Below are positions 57,165 through 64,000 of a DNA stretch of 64,000 nucleotides, piece by piece (within the stretch, counting starts at the first letter, position 1; each line of letters starts with the position of its first letter). This DNA is from Candidatus Saelkia tenebricola (lineage in GTDB: Bacteria; Omnitrophota; Gorgyraeia; Kaelpiales; Kaelpiaceae). The notes under the pieces are model-generated. The model made no database searches and was not told where the DNA came from. It saw nothing but the letters and a program-made list of their open reading frames with translations. Made by a program: the position numbers and the translations under genes. The stretch lies in assembly GCA_030765145.1 (NCBI GenBank), contig JAVCDA010000002.1:16320-80319 (forward strand), given 5' to 3'.

Positions 57165-58115
57165 TCAGTCTAATTCCACATCTATTAAACTCTCGTAAAA
57201 TTCGCGATAATTTTCTTTTTCCTCGCTATTACGTAATGCCATAGCTGCTCTGGGGTGCTCGTTCATCATACCCGATATAGCATAAGGAATAATGTAACCC
57301 CACTCTATTTTTTCTCTTAAGGGAATAAATTCATCAGATATCAAATCCAAAATTGGACGGATATCAAACTTTGGATTCTTTAAGAATCCAATTAATAATT
57401 CCAAAGTACAATTTCCTGCTGCGCGTCCTATGCCATATACTGTTCCATCGAGATAATTAACACCATGAATAATTGCCTCAATAGTATTGCCAAAAGCGAG
57501 CTGCTGGTTGTTGTGTCCGTGAAACCCCACTTCTTTTGTCTTTAAAATAGTTTTGAACTTCTTTACCAACCATTCAACAGACTCTTGATATAACGCTCCG
57601 AAACTGTCTACAATGTACACTGCCTGGACCCGACTTTCTTTTTCAATCTGATGCAGCGCTTCATCTAATTCAGGTCCTTGGTCGCGGGAAATGGCCATAA
57701 TATTAATAGTCGTCTCATAGCCCTTCTTGTCAAAATCATTTGTCATATGTATTGCCTTATCAATATCTTTAACGTAAGAGGCAACCCTTATCATGTCTAC
57801 TGGACTTTCACATGAAGGTTTAATATCGTCCAACTCAACACGCCCTACATCAACCATAATAGAAATCTTTGTTTTGGATTCAACACCGTCAATTGTTTTG
57901 CTAATAAGTTCATCTTCACAAAACTTCCAAGCGCCGAATTCTTTAGATGAGAAAAGATTCTTAGAATTTCGATAGCCTATTTCCATGTAATCAACTCCAG
58001 CCTCAGATAGAGCTTTATAAACTGTTTTTACAAATCGTTCTTCAAAAAAATGATTATTAATGAGTCCTCCGTCACGAATAGTACAATCAAACACTTTTAT
58101 TTGCGGTCTATACAT
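57165..58115 (-). CDS. HMGL-like (LeuA/CimA/DmpG-family) catalytic-domain protein, short form lacking LeuA regulatory domain
   Basis: IKVFDCTIRDGGLINNHFFEERFVKTVYKALSEAGVDYMEIGY is a DRE-TIM metallolyase N-terminus; 316 aa; adjacent to ilvC. Confidence 0.65.
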   Translation of the reverse strand: MYRPQIKVFDCTIRDGGLINNHFFEERFVKTVYKALSEAGVDYMEIGYRNSKNLFSSKEFGAWKFCEDELISKTIDGVESKTKISIMVDVGRVELDDIKPSCESPVDMIRVASYVKDIDKAIHMTNDFDKKGYETTINIMAISRDQGPELDEALHQIEKESRVQAVYIVDSFGALYQESVEWLVKKFKTILKTKEVGFHGHNNQQLAFGNTIEAIIHGVNYLDGTVYGIGRAAGNCTLELLIGFLKNPKFDIRPILDLISDEFIPLREKIEWGYIIPYAISGMMNEHPRAAMALRNSEEKENYREFYESLIDVELD

Positions 58116-58227
58116 TTTTTCTCCTTTTTTAATGATTTATTCGGGAGGTAATTATACCAAACATCAAGATTATTATACAACTAATACCTTCGAAAATTGC
58201 CCAGATGCAATCGATTAGGCTATTATT

Positions 58228-58261
58228 AAAAAAAAGTGCACAGCAAATGCTGTGCACTTTT
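58228..58261 (-). terminator. rho-independent terminator (bidirectional-capable) downstream of ilvC
   Basis: Perfect 9-bp inverted repeat GTGCACAGC-AAAT-GCTGTGCAC (58236..58257), flanked by an 8-A run on one side and a T run on the other. On the minus-strand transcript this gives a GC-rich stem followed by 8 U, 22 nt after the ilvC stop. Confidence 0.6.
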
Positions 58262-58282
58262 GGGTTTTTGAAATCAGAAAAA

Positions 58283-59269
58283 CTATTTAATCCAAGGCAT
58301 CATCTTACGAAGCTTGGCTCCGACTTTTTCTATTTTTTCTCCCTCTGCCTTTTTCCTTGCAGCAAGGAATTTCTTCCTACCGGCTTTATTCTCTTCAATC
58401 CATTCTTTTGCAAAACTACCTGACTGAATCTCTTTTAAAATCTTTTTCATCTCAAGACGAGTCTTGCTGTCAATTATTCGTTTACCTCTTGTGTAATCCC
58501 CGTATTCTGCGGTATCTGATATAACATACCGCATTTTTTGGATTCCATGTTTATACATTAAATCAACAATAAGCTTTAACTCATGAAGACACTCAAAATA
58601 AGCAATTTCAGGCTGATATCCTGCATTCGTAAGAGTATCAAACCCTGCTTTAACGAGTTCTGTTGCCCCACCACATAATACAGCCTGTTCACCAAACAAA
58701 TCGGTCTCAGTTTCTTCTTTAAAAGTTGTCTCTATAACACCTGCCCTTGTACCTCCAATTGCCTTAGCAAATGCCAAAGCAATTTTTTTAGCCTGTTTTG
58801 TAGCATCCTGGTATACAGCAATAAGACAAGGAACACCTTTTTTCTCTAGATACATATCGCGAACAAGCGTGCCTGGACCTTTAGGAGCTACCATAAAAAT
58901 ATCAATAGACTTTGAAGGAATAATCTGCTTGAAATGAATATTAAAACCGTGTGAAAAGCTTATTGCAGCATCTTTTTTTAAGTATGGCTTAATTTGCTGA
59001 TAAATAATTGCCTGAACATGATCCTGAGCAAGCATATGAATGATATCTGCACATTTAGCTGCCTCAACAGCTGTTGTAGGCTTGAAACCTTCTTGTACAG
59101 CTAGTTTATAATTGAGTGTATTTTTAAGTTCTGCAATTATAACTTTTATTCCGCTATCGCGCAGATTTAAAGCTTGAGCTCTACCTTGAGCACCGTACCC
59201 GATAATTGCTACGGTTTTCTTTTTAATAACACCAAGATTTGCATCTTTATCGTAATATACTTTTGCCAT
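58283..59269 (-). CDS. ilvC: ketol-acid reductoisomerase
   Basis: [26 protein letters not shown] Rossmann motif and 328 aa (class I KARI). Confidence 0.95.
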   Translation of the reverse strand: MAKVYYDKDANLGVIKKKTVAIIGYGAQGRAQALNLRDSGIKVIIAELKNTLNYKLAVQEGFKPTTAVEAAKCADIIHMLAQDHVQAIIYQQIKPYLKKDAAISFSHGFNIHFKQIIPSKSIDIFMVAPKGPGTLVRDMYLEKKGVPCLIAVYQDATKQAKKIALAFAKAIGGTRAGVIETTFKEETETDLFGEQAVLCGGATELVKAGFDTLTNAGYQPEIAYFECLHELKLIVDLMYKHGIQKMRYVISDTAEYGDYTRGKRIIDSKTRLEMKKILKEIQSGSFAKEWIEENKAGRKKFLAARKKAEGEKIEKVGAKLRKMMPWIK

Positions 59270-59285
59270 TTTTAATACCTCCTTA

Positions 59286-59762
59286 TTATTCTTTACCTAT
59301 TGCAATAACTCCTGTACGCATTACTTCCTTGATACCATAAGGCTTAAGAAGTTTTAAAGCAGTTAATATTTTATCTTTATTGCCGACTATTTCAACACAC
59401 ACTGATTTAAGACCAACATGCAAAATGCTCCCCTCTAATATCTCAACAACTTCAATTATATGAGATCTGTTCTGAGCTGTCAGAGTTATCTTCAAAAGCA
59501 AAATCTCTCTATCAATAAAATCTTTTTTGGTAAAGTCCTGAATAGATACCACATCGATGAGTTTATTGAGCTGTTTTTTAACCTGTTCAAATGTCTTTTC
59601 ATTTGCATTAACAACTATTGTCATACGTGATGTATCCGGCGATTCAGTCTCAGCAACAGCTAAAGAATTGATATTAAAACCTCTGGCACTAAATAGGCCT
59701 GCAACACGGGCTAAAACACCGAACTTATTCTCAACTAGAATAGATAATACATAGTTTTTCAT
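59286..59762 (-). CDS. ilvN: acetolactate synthase small (regulatory) subunit
   Basis: [27 protein letters not shown], an ACT domain N-terminus typical of IlvN/IlvH. Confidence 0.85.
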   Translation of the reverse strand: MKNYVLSILVENKFGVLARVAGLFSARGFNINSLAVAETESPDTSRMTIVVNANEKTFEQVKKQLNKLIDVVSIQDFTKKDFIDREILLLKITLTAQNRSHIIEVVEILEGSILHVGLKSVCVEIVGNKDKILTALKLLKPYGIKEVMRTGVIAIGKE

Positions 59763-59764
59763 AT

Positions 59765-61435
59765 TTACGCCATCCCTCCTATCATTCTGTCAATAGCCTC
59801 ACCCGCAGGTACCATAGGAAAAACATTTTCAAATTCCTCAACCATAAAATTAATCACAACAGGTTTGGTCTTACTCTTTAGAGCTTTTTTCAAAGCAGGG
59901 ACAACCTCTGTTTTTTTAGTAACTTTTATTCCTATTGCACCATAAGCTTTTGCTATCTCAACAAAATCAGGACTCTTAAGGCATGTATATGAATATCGTT
60001 CTTTATAAAACAATTCTTGCCACTGTCTTACCATACCTAAACAACCATTGTTTAATATTGCAATAATCACAGGAATTTTACCAGTAACAGCTGTTGCAAG
60101 CTCCTGGATATTCATCTGTATTGAACCATCTCCTGCAATATCTATAACTATCTTTTCGGGATTCCCTACCTTAGCACCTATTGCTGCAGGAAAACCGTAT
60201 CCCATAGTTCCAAGACCACCAGATGATAAAAATGTCCTTGGTCGGGTATACTTATACCAGTGAGCAGACCACATTTGATTCTGTCCCACTTCAGTTGTAA
60301 TAATGGCTTCTCCTTTTGTTACCTCGTAAATCTTCTCAATAACATACTGAGGCTTTAGCTTACCACCCGTTTGATATTTTAAGGGAAAATCTTTTTTCCA
60401 GGTTTTAACCTGCTTAATCCAGTCCTTTATCTCAGGTTTTTTAACCATTTTATTTAGTTCCTGCAGGATACTTTTAGCATCCCCGACTATAGGAACATCT
60501 ACATCAACATTTTTACTAATTGCTGAAGGATCAATATCAATATGTATTATTTTAGCATGAGGGGCAAAAGCCTCGATTTTACCAGTCACTCTATCATCGA
60601 ATCTAGCGCCAACAGCAATAATTAAATCCGAATTCTGGATTGCCAGATTTGCAAAAACAGTACCATGCATGCCGAGCATAGCAAGAGAAAGTTCATGGTC
60701 TTGAGGAAACCCCCCTAACCCCATAAGTGTCATTGTAACAGGTATCTGACATTTCTCAGCCAACTTTTTAAGTTCTTTATGAGCTCCGGAAATAATTACA
60801 CCTCCACCTGCATAAATAACTGGTTTTCTGGATTTCGCAATCAAATCGCTTGCTTTTTTAATCTGAAGAGGATGCCCTTGAGTTACAGGTTTATATCCAC
60901 GCATTGAAACTTTGTTCTGATAGTGAAAATCCATCTTTTGAAGAGTTATATCAACCGGTAAATCTATTACAACAGGACCAGGTCTACCAGTTGAGGCACA
61001 GTGAAAAGCCTCTTTAATTGTTGGTCCAAGCTCTTTTATATCTTTTACAAGATAGTTATATTTTGTAATCGGACGCGTTATACCTGTTGTATCTGCTTCC
61101 TGAAAAGCATCATTTCCTATCAAGTGTGTTTTAACCTGACCTGTAATACAGACCAAAGGTATCGAATCCATATAAGCTGTAGCAATACCGGTTACAAGGT
61201 TAGTTGCTCCAGGACCTGAGGTAGCAATACATACTCCTACACGACCTGTACTTCTGGCATAACCATCTGCGGCATGTACTGCACCTTGCTCATGACGAGT
61301 AAGAATAAATTCAACAGGGGCATCGTATAAAACATCAAAAAGAGGCAAAACTGAACCTCCGGGATAACCGAAAATATGCTTTACCCCCTCTTTTTTTAAT
61401 GCTTCAACAACAATTTGTGCACCAGTCATCTTCAT
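59765..61435 (-). CDS. ilvB: acetolactate synthase large subunit
   Basis: [32 protein letters not shown]..., ThDP-binding motif (GDGS...NN), 556 aa. Confidence 0.9.
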   Translation of the reverse strand: MKMTGAQIVVEALKKEGVKHIFGYPGGSVLPLFDVLYDAPVEFILTRHEQGAVHAADGYARSTGRVGVCIATSGPGATNLVTGIATAYMDSIPLVCITGQVKTHLIGNDAFQEADTTGITRPITKYNYLVKDIKELGPTIKEAFHCASTGRPGPVVIDLPVDITLQKMDFHYQNKVSMRGYKPVTQGHPLQIKKASDLIAKSRKPVIYAGGGVIISGAHKELKKLAEKCQIPVTMTLMGLGGFPQDHELSLAMLGMHGTVFANLAIQNSDLIIAVGARFDDRVTGKIEAFAPHAKIIHIDIDPSAISKNVDVDVPIVGDAKSILQELNKMVKKPEIKDWIKQVKTWKKDFPLKYQTGGKLKPQYVIEKIYEVTKGEAIITTEVGQNQMWSAHWYKYTRPRTFLSSGGLGTMGYGFPAAIGAKVGNPEKIVIDIAGDGSIQMNIQELATAVTGKIPVIIAILNNGCLGMVRQWQELFYKERYSYTCLKSPDFVEIAKAYGAIGIKVTKKTEVVPALKKALKSKTKPVVINFMVEEFENVFPMVPAGEAIDRMIGGMA

Positions 61436-61494
61436 AGCTTGATTAATATATCAGAATTATATAATTATATCAAGATTTTTTAGTGTACAACCAT

Positions 61495-62466
61495 TTAATA
61501 TTGCCCGACTATCTCCTCCATTACATCTTCAAGAGTAACTATTCCTACCACCATACCTATAGAATTACGTATCCCAACCATATGAACATTATTTTTAAGC
61601 ATTTTTATCAAAAGACAATCTAAATATGTATTATCATCCACATAGAACAATGGATGTATTAATTCTGTTATCATCATTCCATCTTCAATATCCTGAATTA
61701 AAAAATCCATATAATTAATCAAACCTATATATTCTTCCTTTTCTTTATCATAGATAGGAAGACGCGAAAAATTATACTTTTTGAATTCATCTACTGTTGC
61801 TTGAATCCCGATATTTTTATCTATAGCCACAACTTTTTTAATTGGAATCATAATCTCCTTGACCTGTCTTTTACCTAAATCAAAGACTTTATAAAGTATC
61901 GTTGTCTCATGATCTTCTAATAATCCTTTCTCTTCACTTTTTGATATCACAGCTTTTATCTGATCTTTGGTTCGTATCGTTTTTATGCGCATAGGAACAT
62001 TAGTAAAAAAATTTATTAATCTTGAAGGCAGAAAGTAAAAGATACAAGAGAGCGGATACATCAGGTAGTACATTATTTGGAATATTTTCACTGCATGAAA
62101 AACCAAGATTGGTTTTGTGCGGAAGATGCTCTTAGGTAAAATTTCTGCGAATATAATACTTATAGGTGTTATGAAGACAACTGTCAATAATTCAGCTTCC
62201 GAACCTTTTAAAAATTTAATAGCTGTTGAAAGAAATATCATAACAGCACCGGTCAAAGCAAAATTGGTAGCTACAAGCGTGATACTTACCAGCTTCTCTG
62301 TATTATTCATCCTTTTTAACAACCAGATATAAGATCGTCTTTTTGAATTACGCATCTCTTCAACCATGGAAACAGGAACTGACATAAGTCCTGTTTCATA
62401 CCCCGAAGAAAACCCGGCTAATGCTAAAAATAAAAATAAATATAATAAAAGAGTTATTATCCCCAT
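61495..62466 (-). CDS. CNNM/HlyC/CorC-family membrane protein (DUF21 + CBS pair, no CorC domain)
   Basis: DUF21 TM region (SGYETGLMSVP...), a CBS pair, and it ends ...TLEDVMEEIVGQY. Confidence 0.75.
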   Translation of the reverse strand: MGIITLLLYLFLFLALAGFSSGYETGLMSVPVSMVEEMRNSKRRSYIWLLKRMNNTEKLVSITLVATNFALTGAVMIFLSTAIKFLKGSEAELLTVVFITPISIIFAEILPKSIFRTKPILVFHAVKIFQIMYYLMYPLSCIFYFLPSRLINFFTNVPMRIKTIRTKDQIKAVISKSEEKGLLEDHETTILYKVFDLGKRQVKEIMIPIKKVVAIDKNIGIQATVDEFKKYNFSRLPIYDKEKEEYIGLINYMDFLIQDIEDGMMITELIHPLFYVDDNTYLDCLLIKMLKNNVHMVGIRNSIGMVVGIVTLEDVMEEIVGQY

Positions 62467-62624
62467 ATTAATCGTTCATTTTTTTAATAGTTACTTTTTT
62501 AATTTTATTTCTGCTTACTTCGTCAATAAAAAACTTCAAATTCCTGTATTCAATTGACTGTCCACTAGAGGGAATTTTCTGAAACAAATTAAAAAGAAAT
62601 CCTGTCAGAGATGATATCCCCCCA
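62467..62624 (-). pseudogene. out-of-frame 3' segment encoding the rest of a CorC_HlyC domain (continuation of the 62605..63702 gene if one G is added to the G6 run)
   Basis: Own translation with a seventh G inserted in the run at 62618..62623 (plus-strand C6): MGGISSLTGFLFNLFQKIPSSGQSIEYRNLKFFIDEVSRNKIKKVTIKKMND*. This matches the CorC_HlyC consensus (TLaGl.l..lg.iP..Ge.ve...l.f.v.......I..V.v). It ends 1 nt before the next gene's ATG. Confidence 0.6.
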
Positions 62625-63702
62625 TTTTCAATCTTAAATTTAAAACCTCGCTTAATTCGTTTAAAGAAACATTGCCCGAAATATGATATGTCGAAGAATC
62701 GATTACTGTTATTCTGCTTTTTTCTCTTCTAAACTCATTTTCTATTTCACCTACCAGCTCCTCCAGTATATCTTCCAATGTCACAATTCCTGCAGTACCA
62801 CCGTATTCATCAACAATAATAGACATTTCTTCGTTTCTTTCTCTAAACTGTAGAAGAAGCTCATCTATTTTCATTTGTTCGGGAATTGCTAATAGCGGAT
62901 GTATTAATTCCTGCCAATCAGAAAAATGTTTCAAGAGTAAATCTCGGGCATATAATACTCCTATAATATTATCTATAGTTTTTTCATACACAGGAAATTT
63001 AGTATGTTTTTCCTTCTTAATAAGATCTTTAATCTCTGCTAAAGACAAGTTTTTAGAACAAGATATGATTTCTACTCTAGGGGTCATGATTTCTTTTACC
63101 CATCTTTTACCGAAATCCAAAACCTTCTCAACTAAAATTCTTTCTCCTTTTTCCAATATACCTTTATCTTCTCCGGCTTTGACGATTGCGTAAAGTTCAG
63201 ACAGTGCCGGTTTGGTTTCCAGAGATCTTATATCTATATCTATAAATAACGCTAGTTTTTTAGTAGTTTTTGTCAAAATTTTCTCAAGTGGAGAAATTAA
63301 CCCCGATGAGACCGAAAGAAAAAAGGTTGAGAAAACAGAAAATTTATCAGCAAATCTTAAAGCAATCAGCTTCGGAAATATTTCTCCCAGGAATAATATA
63401 ACCGATGTAACAATTAATATTGATATAAAGATACTAAATTCCGGATAAAAATGATAAAAAAGCGCACCGACAATACTTGCTGTAACTGTATTTGCAATGG
63501 TATTTCCCGTAATAATAAGAGAAATTGTATCAGTAGGTCGGATTAAAAAAGACCTCAATCTTTTCCAAGCTTTAATATTTTTATGTTTGAGCTCGATTTT
63601 TTCATATTCCGTTAAGGAAAAAATTGCACTTTCAGAAGAGGAATATAAAGCTGAAAGAATCAAAAATAACGGCAGGAGTATATAATGGAGCAAAACATTC
63701 AT
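62605..63702 (-). CDS. CNNM/HlyC/CorC-family membrane protein, apparently truncated by a frameshift in a G6 homopolymer
   Basis: DUF21 (SSESAIFSLT...) plus a CBS pair plus the start of a CorC_HlyC domain (YHISGNVSLNELSEVLNLRLKMGG), then a stop. The remainder of the CorC domain is encoded in the +1 frame immediately downstream. Confidence 0.7.
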   Translation of the reverse strand: MNVLLHYILLPLFLILSALYSSSESAIFSLTEYEKIELKHKNIKAWKRLRSFLIRPTDTISLIITGNTIANTVTASIVGALFYHFYPEFSIFISILIVTSVILFLGEIFPKLIALRFADKFSVFSTFFLSVSSGLISPLEKILTKTTKKLALFIDIDIRSLETKPALSELYAIVKAGEDKGILEKGERILVEKVLDFGKRWVKEIMTPRVEIISCSKNLSLAEIKDLIKKEKHTKFPVYEKTIDNIIGVLYARDLLLKHFSDWQELIHPLLAIPEQMKIDELLLQFRERNEEMSIIVDEYGGTAGIVTLEDILEELVGEIENEFRREKSRITVIDSSTYHISGNVSLNELSEVLNLRLKMGGYHL

Positions 63703-63720
63703 CTGTAAAGATTGTAGGCA

Positions 63721-64000
63721 TTAATGTAATCAACTGTTTTATCTGACATCAGATAGCGAATGGATTTATTATCTTTCACTCTTTTACGTAAGTAAGAAGA
63801 GGAGATAGAAATTTTGGGCATTATAAGTTTTTCCATTTTGACATCAACCGGATTTTTTATATCAAAATTTTCTCTCCCGGCAACTATAAAACCAGCTATT
63901 TTAATCAGTTTGGAATAATTTTTCCACGTTCCAATTTCCTTGAAAGCATCTGAACCTAAAATAAAGTAGAATTCCGTTTGAGGATATTTTTTTATGAGTT
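63721..64000 (-). CDS. nadD: nicotinate-nucleotide adenylyltransferase, C-terminal part (partial; N-terminus beyond window end)
   Basis: Own translation of the minus strand: ...YFILGSDAFKEIGTWKNYSKLIKIAGFIVAGRENFDIKNPVDVKMEKLIMPKISISSSYLRKRVKDNKSIRYLMSDKTVDYI*. It matches the NadD C-terminal motifs (GSD.F..I..W, ISST.IR.R...G.SIRYL.PD.V..YI). Confidence 0.75.

Noticed and set aside
61436-61494. T-box or attenuator leader upstream of ilvB and upstream of trpD (49749..49820)
   Set aside because: The intergenic spaces are only 59 and 72 nt, too short for T-box riboswitches or a leader-peptide attenuator, and no Trp or branched-chain codon-rich mini-ORF is present.
1-64000. CRISPR arrays, tRNA/rRNA genes, transposases/integrases, prophage genes
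   Set aside because: No regularly spaced direct repeats, no cloverleaf-compatible conserved tRNA motifs noticed in the few intergenic regions, and no ORF with transposase/integrase/phage hallmarks. The window appears to be core chromosome.

Overview
Low-GC (roughly 30%, by eye) bacterial chromosomal window in which almost every gene lies on the minus strand. The lineage is unknown but likely diderm, given the TPR lipoproteins and an outer-membrane-like beta-barrel protein. All calls come from reading the supplied six-frame translations; no searches were run. Housekeeping content covers the partial polA 5' end, tsaD, ctpA-like S41 protease, gatCAB, panB, lepA, rpe, ruvX, trpD-C-F-(hypothetical)-B-A, cutA, the ilvB-N-C block with an HMGL-like synthase and a KDPG-type aldolase, a beta-CASP RNase, yjbQ, two CNNM/CorC paralogs and the partial nadD 3' end. 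Other recognisable families are LarB and LarC (nickel-pincer cofactor), a bactofilin fused to an excisionase-type HTH, MgtC, YihY, M48 and M50 peptidases, and an aldo/keto reductase. The outstanding feature is a gap-free, translationally coupled minus-strand block at about 18.7-39.5 kb. It looks like an ABC-transporter-dependent (Wzm/Wzt-type) glycan pathway with two GT2 and two GT4 glycosyltransferases, but it is dominated by three radical-SAM proteins carrying eight CxxxCxxC domains in total. One is a 573-aa B12-binding rSAM with a truncated SagB-like tail. One is a 1310-aa protein with one SPASM rSAM and two B12-binding rSAM domains plus a C-terminal membrane anchor. One is a 1928-aa protein with one B12-binding rSAM and three paralogous SPASM rSAM domains. 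The block also holds two tandem nitroreductases and two free-standing paralogs of the Wzt C-terminal extension, with a phospho-sugar mutase and rpe just upstream. I know of no characterised system with this architecture and flag it as the candidate novel system. It is either a radical-SAM-tailored surface glycan pathway or a RiPP-like maturation system whose substrate lies outside the window. Other observations are a CNNM gene broken by a homopolymer frameshift whose downstream frame encodes the missing CorC domain, a clean bidirectional terminator after ilvC, and a trp operon lacking trpE/G with an inserted unknown gene. There is also an unannotated 54-codon ORF. No CRISPR array, tRNA, rRNA or mobile element was detected.
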